NCBI RefSeq assembly: GCF_006345805.1
Contig: NC_043006.1
Span: 62,434,001-62,498,000, forward strand
Direction of reading: 5' to 3'
Source: Octopus sinensis
Lineage: Eukaryota
DNA length: 64,000 nucleotides
Both the position numbers and the translations under genes were made by a program. Below the pieces are notes generated by a model, which worked only from the letters and a program-made list of their open reading frames with translations, was not told the origin of the DNA and ran no database searches. Position 1 is the first letter of the stretch, and each line of letters starts with the position of its first letter. Below, piece by piece: positions 51,060 to 64,000 of the stretch.

Positions 51060-52184
51060 TATATTTGTGTGCGCGTATGCTTGTGTGTCTGTGTTTTTCA
51101 CCCCACCATCGATTGTCAACCGATGTTGGTGTGTTTGCCTCCATCGTAACTAAGCGGTTCAACAAAATCGACCGATAGAATAAGTACTAGGCTTAAAATC
51201 AATAAGTTCTGGGGTTGATTTGTTCGACTCAAGCCGCTGCTTTAGCATGGCCGCAGACAAGTAAATGAAAAAAATGAAAGAATAAAGGAATATATATACA
51301 TATATATGTGTATATATAGATATATATGCATGTATGAATGTATGTATGTATGTATGTATGTATGTATGTATGTATGTATGTATGTATGTATGTATCTATG
51401 TGCGTATGTATGTATGTGTATGTGTGTATATATATATATAATATATATATATACATATATATATATATACATATATGTATGTATAATATGTATATACATA
51501 TATATATTTGTGTGCGCGTATGCTTGTGTGTCTGTGTTTTTCACCCCACCATCGATTGTCAACCGATGTTGGTGTGTTTGCCTCCATCGTAACTAAGCGG
51601 TTCAACAAAATCGACCGATAGAATAAGTACTAGGCTTAAAATCAATAAGTTCTGGGGTTGATTTGTTCGACTCAAGCCGCTGCTTTAGCATGGCCGCAGA
51701 CAAGTAAATGAAAAAAATGAAAGAATAAAGGAATATATATACATATATATGTGTATATATAGATATATATGCATGTATGAATGTATGTATGTATGTATGT
51801 ATGTATGTATGTATGTATGTATGTATGTATGTATGTATCTATGTGCGTATGTATGTATGTGTATGTGTGTATGTATATATATATATATATACATATATGT
51901 ATGTATAATATGTATATACATATATATATCTGTGTGCGCGTATGCTTGTGTGTGTGTGTTTTTCACCCCACCATCGATTGTCAACCGATGTTGGTGTGTT
52001 TGCCTCCACCGTAACTAAGCGGTTCAACAAAATCGACCGATAGAATAAGTACTAGGCTTAAAATCAATAAGTTCTGGGGTTGATTTGTTCGACTCAAGCC
52101 GCTGCTTTAGCATGGCCGCAGACAAGTAAATGAAAAAAATGAAAGAATAAAGGAATATATATACATATATATGTGTATATATAG

Positions 52185-52219
<35 letters not shown>

Positions 52220-52266
52220 TGTATGTATGTATGTATGTATGTATCTATGTGTGTATGTATGTATGT

Positions 52267-52339
<73 letters not shown>

Positions 52340-52380
52340 ATATATATACATACACACACACATGTGTGTGTGTGTGTCGG
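51060..52380 (+). repeat. three near-identical tandem units (~420-445 bp) of SINE 3' half plus (TATG)n/(TA)n
   Basis: ttcaccccaccatcgattgtcaaccgatg... starts at ~51097, ~51540 and ~51962. Confidence 0.95.
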
Positions 52381-53696
52381 CGCGCGTGTCTGAATGTATG
52401 CATGCACTTGTATGACTTAGGTTGGCACCAGATATTCATAAAATTGACTAAGCACTTCATAATTCGACTAATATATATTTATTCATAGAAAATGATCACA
52501 GTGGACGTCCAGCATCCATTCGACAAAAAAAAGAAGAACGCGCATATTTATCTCGTAAAAAGAAAAAAAAAACCTACATAGAGAAAGTAAGGAAATATAT
52601 AAAGCAATGTAAACTCTTTGGAAATTTCGACGTGTCTGTGGTTCTAAAATTACTTTCTAACTCTGCTGTATATAAATAGCCAACACGTATTAAATTGTAT
52701 ATAAATCACTTGAATCTCAACAATATAAAATATGAAGCTAGAAAAAGAAATCTTTATATATAATATGTTTGTGCTCGCATATGTGTGTGTGCAGATATGA
52801 GTATAGGTCCGTGTATATATGTGAGTGTGTGTGTGTGTGTGGTGTGTGTGTGTGTGTGTGTGTGTTTGTGTGTGTGTGCGCGCAGTTATTGTTTATTTTG
52901 ATGTTGCTGTAATTCAAATAGAGAGGCCAAACAGAGAAAGGTTATAGATTTTGATAGATTGTTGATGCCTTCAGACGTGAAACAGCTTAAAGTCTAAACG
53001 TGCTCGGGATGTACATGCATAGAACTTTATCTTGTTTATTGCGTTCAATCAAATTATTTTGATTTCTATAAAATCCTAAGAAAGCAAAGTAGAAAACACT
53101 TGCGTTGCTCAACCAAACACGCTTGAAATTTCGAGTCGATTTGAAGTAGTAATGGAAGTGTGTACATTTTCATAATTACCTAAAGTTAGCGTTGAGAAGT
53201 ACTGTTCTCATAGGTAGAGGCATCAACATAATAAATGTCAAACAGAGGGAAGGAGAGAGAGGGAGAGGTGTTAGGGTTGGGAAGTCAGCTATAGAGTCTA
53301 TGTTCTTATGTGCGGTAGGTTATCCATGATATACGGTGTCATGTGGGAAATAGTCTACTGAAAAGAGTTAATCAGAGAAACAGGGACAGAGAAAGAGAGA
53401 GAGAGATAGACAGAGAGGAATAAAGAAAAAACAAGGCAATGGATAAAAGATGAATGTGTGTGTGGGGGGGGAGTATACCGAGAGAGAGGGGAGAGAGTAA
53501 GAGCGACAGAGTGGAGAAAGAGAGAGAGATACATATCAGAGAATAAAATGTGATATACATACCGATATATATAGATATGTAATGATTGAGTGATTGATTG
53601 ACTGATCGATCGATCTATCAATATATATACACACTGTGAGATGAATATGTGTATATATTATATATATATATGTATGTATATATATATATATATATA

Positions 53697-53751
<55 letters not shown>

Positions 53752-53754
53752 TGT

Positions 53755-53788
<34 letters not shown>

Positions 53789-56137
53789 ATATGTATATAT
53801 ATATAGAGTGATAAATAACTTTGTATTTAGATATTATATGCTATCTTGTTATTACACACAAACACACACAAGCACATACACACGCATACGCACACACACT
53901 CAGACACATACACGCTCAATCACACGTACTTTCATAATAGTACGCTTCGGAAATGCAAAGAAAAAAAATATCAACTTTGTAATCCTAAAGTTCTCACTGT
54001 TATTAACTTCTCACTTCACGTAAAGGAACTGATCCTCCATCGCTTACAAACATCTTAAGATTATATTTGTTCAACTCTTTTTGATTTTTCTTTCACGGTT
54101 AGTCTATGTTCCCTGTTCTGAGACCCTTTACTCTTTTCTTCTTGAAGTACCCCCCCTATTTTTTCTACTCTTCTGTTTCTCATGGTGTCCATTACATTTA
54201 AAATTCCCGCCATTTTTAAACGCCAATTTTTGTTAGCTGGTCTGAAGGATTTACTGTGCCCAACTCCAGAGTTACATTTGAACTTCTTTCTATTTGGCTC
54301 CACGAAGCATAAACATGAAGCATCAACTCAGCCTGCTACATTTCTATTTTCAACATTTCATACTTTCTTATTGGAAGCTGCAATTATATATTTATTTGTG
54401 TATATGTGATGTGTGTGTGTCTATGTGCGCGCGCGTGTGTATCTGCATGCGTGTGTATATGTGTGTACGTGTGTGTGTGTTTATGCGCACGTGTGCGTGA
54501 GTATACACATGTGCTTACGTGACTGCGTTTGCCCAATGTCACACATAGTTATGAATGGGAGATGTTGTTTAATTCGAATCCAATACGTTTATTCTCGACC
54601 TGTTTACTGGAAAATTATTACAAGAATAAAACTTTAAAATTGCCAAGACGAGATTACATAGTTCGATTCGTTGCTCGGCGCCTGTACATGCTTTGAACAT
54701 CCGCCATATAATTCTCTCTTAAAATTTTGTCTCAGTAGTTAATTAAATTATGAAGCATTTTGTCTTGTGATGTCTCAAACGGAAGAGAATCAGACAAAAT
54801 AAATTTCAGTGTTAATAATGTTAATTTCGTTTCAGTTGAAATATTACTAAATTGTATCCCGAGGAAATATTTACTAGTTATATACAGAGACAAACATATA
54901 TAATCGATTGAAATCCATTACTACAAATATAAGGTATTTCCCAAAGTAAGAAATTATGAATAGGTAAATCTTAGCAGTCAAATTAGATAAATAAAAATCA
55001 ACGTACGCTACTCATCTCATAGTCCTCAAAATTATTTCTATCTTTAATATTATTGGAGAAATAAAGAAGTTTAAGTACCCAAAGAAATTTAATATGTGCA
55101 CCGAATGTTTGCTAGAACGAGTCTGCATAAGGGCTTCGATTCTTTTAACTCATTCCACTTGCACTTAAAATACAAATAGAAGAAACAGCGAAGTGGAAAC
55201 TTTCGCTAAGCTTATCGATTAAACAATTATATTATTAACATTATGCAAATGTAATTAATATGATACAAATGGGAGTGTTGAGGAGTAAAATGCTTTTACA
55301 ATATCTAGCTTAGTACTTAACGTTTCTGCGTTCAATCTCTGCCAGCAGTCATCCGTTGTTCTTTTTCCTTCCGTGATTGGAGGGTGATGGATTTGTTATC
55401 ACTAATAAACAGGTGTCGTTGTATTCTACCAATTAGCTTTCCTTAAGAAGACGTTTCTGGTGCGAAGTTGAAAATAATTGTTATGATTGAATTACTAGTA
55501 GCAGACATCAAATCTGCTGCAACTAATGAATGTGACAAGCACACGTAGATGCTACTTGGAACGATAGGACAGTCTTACTGATTCCAGCAGCCTCTTACTG
55601 CTGAATCAACTGCTATAACTGTACTATTGCTGCTGCCACTCATACCACTGACATTATCACTACCACTACCAATGCTGCTGCAGCTGCAGCGGCTGCTGAT
55701 GATTTTTCTTCCAATTTAACTGCTAGACTGCAGCTGATAGCAAAGCGTATGCTCTTCCCAGCTGGTTCTCGCACGACTGTTTACTCAACTCAACAACCAC
55801 TTGGCTTCCTTCTAAATTTTCAGAATTTCTTTTTCTATTTTTTATCCTGGTATACCTCGGTTTATCACCGGTCTCAGTTTCAAAACCTGGTTGTTAACTA
55901 TCGGTTGTGAGAAATTACCTTACATTTCTTCTCGCATGTAAAACAAAACAAAGTTCAAAAGTATAATAATATCAATATTAATAATAACAACAGTATTAAT
56001 ACTTATGTACAACTGGAAATAACTTCTATAATATATATTTTACATTAAAATCGGATTCTGGAATGGTTTTAAAAATCGACTGAGAATGGAAAAAGACAAA
56101 GGAAGCATAAACACAAAATATTAAATAGATACACACA

Positions 56138-56175
<38 letters not shown>

Positions 56176-56809
56176 ATGATTATATTTCTATGTATATTCT
56201 GTTCAAATACACTTGTTACAGAAATGTCACAACTTTTGTTCATGTTGTTTAACTGGATGTATGGGACGAAAAGAGAAATATCACATATGAAATTCAAATT
56301 ATTGAATTACAAGAAAATTCCAGAATTAAAGTAAAGAAAAAAAAAACTAATACATTATTTGCTTATTTATTATATTAATTTGGGAAAGAAGGTGTTACAC
56401 GAATACAGGCGTTAATATTACCATTAAACGCTGTCGTTGCATAGCAGATGTGTTTTTATAGTGGTACCGAAGCAAAGTTTATGCAAATTATAAAAATTTA
56501 TAAAACGATCTTCCTTGGGTGGTAGTATGAATGACCGTATATTTAGTTATCCATTTAATGCTATTATACTTTTAACACGTGCCCATGGTGTCTTCCATTA
56601 CAATTACCCTAGAAGGATCCAGGCAAAAACTAAAAGCAAGTTGATTTTGTTTGTAATTTAATTCTTAATTTTACAACTGCTGTGTATATAACACCTTCCC
56701 GAGAGTCGAACTAATACACCTGCTTGTTGGTTATACACCTATCTTCGGCTTTTGTTTTTCTGTAAATTGCAACTATATGCATACATTATATAAATATATA
56801 TATATATAA

Positions 56810-56854
<45 letters not shown>

Positions 56855-59414
56855 GAACTGTTTAATGGTTGTGTATGGTTATGTGGAGACATAAAAAACT
56901 ATATCTTTCATAAAACAAAATGAAACTAATTTTTTTTTTGTTTGCTTTAAGTATGAGAAAAATTGAGTATAGAAAAAGTACTGAGAGTAAAAAAAGGTGG
57001 TTACTAGCAACTCACTCGTTTTGAACTGTACTTTCAACAAAAATAATAAAAAATACAGAAGTCGCACCCCAAACAAAACTGTAAAAGTTCACTTATATAT
57101 ATATATGTACATACAACACACACACACACACACATATATATGTAACACACAAACACACATATATATATATATATATACACACATGTTTGCATATGAAGAT
57201 GTTGCAAGATATCAGTGCCAACTGTGATTAGTTAACTAGTGTACAAAGTACAAGCAACATATGTATGTGTGTGGTGTGTGTGTGTGTATACATACGTACA
57301 CGGAATTAACACGCATATAAGTAAGTGCAACATATAGAAATACATAATTTTACACACAGGCCTATATAATGCCAAATACATATATATATGTTATTTTAGT
57401 TTAACGTTTAATTAAGAATGTCAGTGTGCAGTATTCCCTGACGTTATACTGCCGGTACATCCACGGAGTTTCTGAAAATCTACACGTGAAATCTTCTATT
57501 GGAAACATCAGTTAATGAACATTCGTCGATATCAAGGTAATTATATCTATTCATATTTGCGTTTATACTTTGTAAGAAGAAAAAAAATATCGGTTTTTCT
57601 TATGTTAAATTATCGATATCCAGCGTATCCAGCACGTTTACTCTGAGTTGTTTTCTCTTTTAAGTATTTTGATTTCTTTTTATATTCAAATCAGTTGAGA
57701 GATGGTTGGGGACCTAGATTTTATTCTTCTCAGTTATTGATTTCTAAGTAAGTTTTTTTTTTTCAGATTATTTAGTAATGTCACCAGACACATACACACG
57801 TCACATTATGATATATGTTTACGTACGTACATTTGCGTGTATTTGTGTGCGTGTGTGTGCGTGTATGTGTATGTGTGTGTGTGTGTGGTGTGTGTGTGTG
57901 TTGTGTGTGTGTATGCGCGCTTCACTATGAGTTCGTGTAAAGAAAGGTTATAAAAAGAGCCCAATACTTGTTATATATGTCTTAGTAAATAACTTTTTCA
58001 CATTGGCCAGTAACTTTTTGCCCACCACTTTGTAGCTTCACTAGAAATGGACATGCACACAGAATATATATATGTGTGTGTGTGTGTGTATGCCTATATC
58101 TATATGTACATGCATGCATATATACATGTGTATATATGTACATATATGCATATATACATACACACACGCGCGCGCATACACTCACATACACACACACACA
58201 TATAGTTATATATGTTTATACGCATGAACACACACACATACATACATATACACACAAGACCTATGATAGGTGTGTTCAACCGGTACATCTTTTTTTCCAG
58301 GACCGGCAGAGTTAAGGAAAGACCTGTAAAGGTTTGCAAATAAATAGATAAATAAATACATGAATGAATCAATAAAAACGAGTTGAATGGTCGCAACATA
58401 ATCCTCCTTCATCTTGCTAAACTTCACTGGGAGGCGCTGTATCCATACATACATGCAAGCACATACGCACTCACACACCTATATGTGTATGTATGCATGT
58501 ATGTATATACGTTTGTATGTATGTACGTATTTATGTACGTATGTATGTAAGTACATATAAATTTATATAGATCACTGCGTTCTTACCCTAAATCTTAGAT
58601 CATCGACTTCATCATATAGAATTTCTCTTCTTTCAACCAACCCTTTTCTAAATCCCTGATATTTTACACCGAGTTTTACTAACATGCGTAAAACTGACAC
58701 CCAGTGTTTTTACATAGGCAAAAATCGAACTCATACACAGATGGATACAAAGACTCAAGCACAAACAAGAAGATATTTAGATACTGTCCAAGAAACACAT
58801 CAAAACAAATCACTGACTTAGAAAAATAAAAATAAAAAGTATATCTCTACACTTCAATTGAATGTATGTTAAAGTTTTAATATCAAATATTTCTTATTCT
58901 ACAATTTTGTAATTTTTTTCGTCACTTTAATGAAACGTTGTGTCTAATTTAGAATCAATTATTTAATTAGATTGAATATAAAGAGTATCAACATTTACTT
59001 ATATTTACAGCGCACGGCACATTCTTACTTCTGTTTATCACACTCACCAAATACCCAAGCGCATAACATCCCCCAGTCACTGTGGGGAGTTCTCACTGTT
59101 TACATATACCAAAACATTAATCCTTATCATCGACTGCCAAGCCACTTCTACTACATGTTTTCGCTACATAGCAACCGACTCTCACAACTACCCGTACACG
59201 CACCACCAGGGTTATGTGTATGTGTTTAAGCTTAAATAATTTTGCTTAGGAGACAATTTAGTAGAAAAATTATCACCACAGCCTCATATGTTTTCCTGAT
59301 TACATCGTCCCTTTAGCAGATTCAGTGGCATTAATTCTTGCAGGGTTTTCATCTTCTCCGGGAATATGTAGCTACAACATTAATATTCCTTTCCTATTTT
59401 TGCACAAGTCCAGT

Positions 59415-59591
59415 AATCTAGGGGGGAGTTAAGTCGATTACAATGTTGGAATGGTAATTATTTTATCGACTCCGAAAGGATGAAAGACAAAGTCGGTCTC
59501 GGTGGAATACGAACTAAGAACCTAAAGACAGACGAGACGCCCGATAAGCATTTTGCCCAGTGTGCTAACGATTCTATCTTTTTGCCGCCTT
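59415..59591 (-). mobile_element. SINE family 1
   Basis: Reverse complement of the aaggcggc.. head, ending at 59591. Confidence 0.8.
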
Positions 59592-59601
59592 AAGAACAGC
59601 A

Positions 59602-59820
59602 AAGGCGGCGAGTTGGCAGAATCGTTAGCACACCGGGCTGAAGCTTAGCGGCATTTCGTCTGCCTTTACGTTCTGAGTTCACATTCTGCCGAAGTTGACT
59701 GTTTTTCCCATCCTTTCGAAGTTGATAAAATAAGTACCAGTTGAGCATTGGGTTCGATATAATCGACTTATTTCTCTCCGAAATTGCTGGCCTTGTACCA
59801 AAATTTGAAATTCATATTAA
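59602..59820 (+). mobile_element. SINE family 1
   Basis: aaggcggcgagttggcagaatcgttagc..gttctgagttcacattctgccg..ccaaaatttgaaa. Confidence 0.9.
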
Positions 59821-61257
59821 CTGCAAAAATAATGACTTTTCTGTATGTACATGTATAAAGTTGTAAAACAGATCTAATGGCAGCAGGCAGTATGGGTCTG
59901 CTGGTAAACGTAACGTAATGTTCTGTACAAAGTTAAGCGATATATACCACACAACCTAAGCTACATTTGGTAGTCCAACAGCATTTACATCATCTACCAA
60001 CAATAACAGTTCATGAGTCAACAAGTCTTGTCGCATGACTTGCTAGACATAGCAGCCAAATATATGTCAAATGACGTTCTACCGCCTTGAAAAAGTATAG
60101 AGATATATTTAATAATATAGTCCCTGATATGTAATGTCGACAAAAGTCTGCGTTTTCATTGCCTAAACATCAGATGGATCGTAGGCCCGCAGTGTCATCA
60201 ACAACAAAGAGAAGTCACTGTCTGTAAATATTTCTCATTTATTATCACTACGATCTAAGAAAATCAACAAGCCAAGTAAAATATATCTACGTGATCATTT
60301 TGAGCTGCTAGAAATAACAACTAATTCTCTCAAATAACATTCCGTCGTCTTCAAAACGAAATTACAATTTTTCCTAGGATATAAAACGAAATAGACGAGA
60401 TCTGTTACAGCTTCAACACGTTTGGTCATATATTTACTGAATCACTGTTGACATGTGGCTAGCAAGATCATGAGGGCGACAACTCCCTAAAACACATTTA
60501 TTGGCAGCCATGCTTGTTTTGTGTATTTGTTGTTGTTGGTTTGACCCAGGTCATTCTCTAAGAAAATTATATTCTTTAAAAGTAACAAAATAACAGTTTT
60601 GTTGTAATATAGATCGGCAGGTCACTCGCTCATTCGATGTTATGGGGACGGGATTTGGGGGATTGTTTTGTTGCTTTGTTACTTAATTAGGGGACCGAAT
60701 GCAAGGTCCACATCCCTTTCTCAGTGATACCTTAAAATCTTGGAGGAGTGTATTTGCGTCATAAATGTAAATGTTCCAGCCTTTCAAAGCCTCCATGTCA
60801 ATTGTGATTGAGATCACCTATAAAAAAAGGTATACTAACTACGGCCATCGCGTTTATAATATTATCTAGAAAAGGAAAACTTAATCTTGTACGTCTTTTT
60901 TTTAAAGTTCTTAAGAGGCTTATATGTATATTAGAGATATTAAGCTGCCATCTCTACCCGACAGAGCGACTACATAGACGCTCTTACGCTGGATCGTATT
61001 CCTATCATTCTCGTCATTCCCTGTGTTTAATGTATTTATTGACTATACTTTTCATATATATATACATGTATGTGTGTATGTGCATATATATTTATATATA
61101 TATACAGGCACGTATGCATACATAAATACTTACATACATACATAATCTGTGAAGTACACGTGAACCTTTGTCCGCAATACTGTTTCGATTCCAACTGCTA
61201 ATGTCATCGAAATAATGCATACGCATCGCTACTTATCAATTCTTCATCATCATCCTT

Positions 61258-61258
61258 T

Positions 61259-61313
<55 letters not shown>

Positions 61314-61370
61314 GCTACTACTACTACTACTATTGCTGCTGCTTTTACTACTACTACAACTACTAAAACT
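61258..61370. repeat. (ACT)n microsatellite
   Basis: Direct observation. Confidence 0.95.
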
Positions 61371-62084
61371 CAGAGCACTATCTTTCCCACGAAAGGAAGG
61401 TATTATTGATATCAATATTTTTTTCCTCTTTTTATTGGAACGTCTAAACCTGTTTGACCATAAACAGACCCGATAATGTTATACTATTTTCACTTCAGTT
61501 ATACTAATAACACCACATTTGGCAAGAAGACGAGAGCTACAGACTTCCATTTCTCTTTCTGTAAATAAATTTTAAACTTGATATTAAACCAATAAGAAAT
61601 AGATACCAGCACCACCCTCCAAAGATGGATATAGATTTCATCCATACAGAGACCAATAAAATATGAATTCAGTGAATTACGAGAATCGATATAATCGAAT
61701 ACACCCTCATCACTAAATTTAAAGCGTTGTGTTTATGTTATAAATCTCAGCATCTTGGCCGCTACGAGACGAATAACCGGTAATACAGTGTTGGTTCACA
61801 GTTAGAAGTATTTTTGAGCTAGGTAAATATAATTGTTAAGGAATATATTGGCGTCCGAACGTCTTAATCGTCAAATATAGCAAATATAAAGATTTGTTAA
61901 GTGAACTGCTGTTAACTCTACTATTAATGATATAACAAATCGGGATGATAATGGCGGCGTTAGTGATGGTAAAACTGGCACATGGAGTCTCATTTGAAAG
62001 CGCTAGTCACATTGTTCATTTGTATGTTTGTGATTTTTCTTGTAGCCGAGGAAGCTGCGAGCATTTTAAATGATAATGTTTCTG

Positions 62085-62570
62085 ATTTAGGCCAGCAATT
62101 TGGAACGGTGGGGAAATGGTCGATAGCATTGTTCCCTGTACTTGACTGAACTATATTTCATCTATTCCAGAGGGGTAAAAAGTGAAACTGACTTGCTGAT
62201 TACAGCTAGATTTTTAAACATAACGAAATTTTGGAAGGTTTTGCGATGCTCTAACGATTCAACAGGCTGGACATTTCAATAATTCTTTCTACTATAGCCA
62301 AAAGTTATGTAAAAGGGAACTAGTCAATTATATCGATCTCTGTTCTCAACTGGTATATAATTTAATGGAAACGAAGGATGAAGGGAAAAATTGGCCTCGA
62401 CGAGATTTCAGATAAGCATGTTCAGAGCCGGAAGAAATGCCGTTGCGAATTTTGTCCGACGCTGTAACGATTCTGTTAGGTAATCAAGTCACCTTCTTAA
62501 TAATGGTTTAGGTACAAAGCCAGTAATTTTGAGGAGATAGATTTCATCGATACCATTCTTCCCACTAATT
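62085..62570 (-). mobile_element. cluster of 2-3 decayed SINE family 1 copies in the same orientation
   Basis: The motifs ggccagcaattt..gtcgat..aactggta..ttatc..gaaggatgaa..aacgattc recur at ~62090, ~62320 and ~62515. Confidence 0.6.
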
Positions 62571-63409
62571 GACCGGTGAAGAAACAGTCTCATTATAGAA
62601 AAACGCATATTTATTTATAAATACAAATAAATATACTTTAAGAAATAAAGGTAACCAAAGCAAAGATGAGTGAGAATACGAACATCAAGATTTAGCTTAG
62701 AGTACTTTATATGACGTCGAACTTCGTTGTTTCTAGTATTACACTCTAGAAAGTTCGAGAGTATCTTCGATGATGTGCTAGGCTCGTAATCAGCAACTTC
62801 GTACATTATGCTTACTTCAATTGTAGTTCTTCATAGACAACTGATTTGGTTTTCACAAGCAGTCAATCTTTTAAATTTCTCAAAACTAGATCACATCTCT
62901 TACTAAATAATTACAAGATTCTTTCTGTTCCATTATTTTTCATTTTCATTTTTTTTCGTTCTGTCGTTTCAAAGAACTGCGATTCTAATAACTTGTCAGT
63001 ATTAGATGGGTTTGCTTTATTGGATCTTGATTGTCTAAATGCCTAGTCTCGCTTTTCTTTGTGAATATTTTGTTTTTGTGTTTTGTTTTGTTGTTGTTGT
63101 TTTTTCATACTGTCATAGCAACTTTCCACCTTTGCTGCTTTGAAACAGTAAATGTATTGTTCGAAGATTAAATCTCAGATTAAATCTCAGTTTTCTACTC
63201 ATCGATTCCTGACACTAAGAAAAAGATTACCTAGAGCTACCACAAGTTATACTCTGGAAACAAAAGGAGATAATGGTCCACGCGCTTTCATTTGTCCACC
63301 GAGTTTATCCTTCAGTAATTTTCATTTAGAATAAGAAGAAAACAATTCCATAGACACTTACTGCTACACATAAACCAACTGAGCTTCCTGCTCCCACCTC
63401 ATCAGTCTA

Positions 63410-63810
63410 TTGTTTTTCTACACTTATTGTGAGTAGAACTATTCCATAGATTTGCAATCTTAGGGAGTCACAAGTTATTAAATGCAAAAATAAAAATCTA
63501 TATGATTGTATTTTTGTTGCTTCTATATACACACGATTACTAGAGCAATGGATCAATGTCATTATTAAAGGCGTTGGAAGAGGATCAAAGCTACGCCTTT
63601 TCATACATTGCACCATCGCCATATGTACACTTGTTTGAAGCATCAATTCCGCCTATTGCATGCATATTCCCGGATATTAAACTCCAAGCAGACAATTCTA
63701 TGCCCAAAGCCTCCCTGCGCATGGCAAGATATGCCCCGAAATAAATATTATTCCACACATCACCAATTGTTTTCTTCCAACGCTTCCATTGTAGATATGT
63801 TGACACCCCA
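63410..63810 (-). pseudogene. possible PIF/Harbinger transposase relic
   Basis: ..ST..FGAYL....AIGGID..CT.WRW.N.. and ..EA..SY....H resemble the FG..YL / G.IDC.HW.W.N pattern of Harbinger nucleases. Heavily decayed. Confidence 0.3.
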
Positions 63811-64000
63811 ACCTATGTTAAGGAAAAACAGAATTATGCCACCCCACTGTTTTATTGCACATCAACGTAATTCATGAGCAAGTTGTCACTGTCCCTTCTA
63901 ACATAGCATTCCTATGCTCTTTTATTTTCCGACATTTATGAAGTAGCTTCCTCTGATTAGCAATACCAGTAAAATTATTCCGAGTGCTGTTACCGTAATG

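Noticed and set aside
51060-52380. CRISPR-like regular repeats
   Set aside because: The context is eukaryotic, the units are >400 bp with no unique spacers, and there are no cas genes.
55480-55800. GCT/CAG/ACT-rich stretch as a possible host exon (poly-Ala or poly-Gln)
   Set aside because: All frames hit stops within ~50 codons, with no convincing splice sites or homology.
58280-58330. Possible microexon (tttttttccAG...GTaaag)
   Set aside because: The donor is weak and there is no partner exon or other evidence.

Overview
AT-rich, microsatellite-dense animal genomic DNA. The tRNA-SINE families and (TA)n/(CA)n/(GATA)n load look like an Octopus-type cephalopod; this is recognition, not a database result. 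I found no host protein-coding gene, rRNA, true tRNA or CRISPR array, and most of the supplied ORF track is microsatellite translation. The window is made of transposons and their relics. (i) Penelope-like elements (PLEs): a near-intact Neptune-type element (3179-7918), a decayed Naiad-like element (18075-22115) and a second Naiad-like fragment (40460-41000). (ii) Two ORF-less ~1.5-unit tandem repeats of about 465-490 bp that carry canonical type I hammerhead ribozymes (retrozyme-like or solo pLTR), plus a third more decayed repeat of similar size. (iii) A 2.25-kb TSD-flanked element that encodes only an L1/Tx1-type ORF1 protein, inserted into a SINE head (41671-43919). (iv) Fragments of Tx1/L1, CR1, HERO-like and R4-like LINEs. 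(v) Mariner, pogo/Tigger, hAT and possibly Harbinger relics. (vi) Many SINEs. The most notable signals are the hammerhead-bearing elements sitting in (TA)n tracts and the ORF1-only retroelement.
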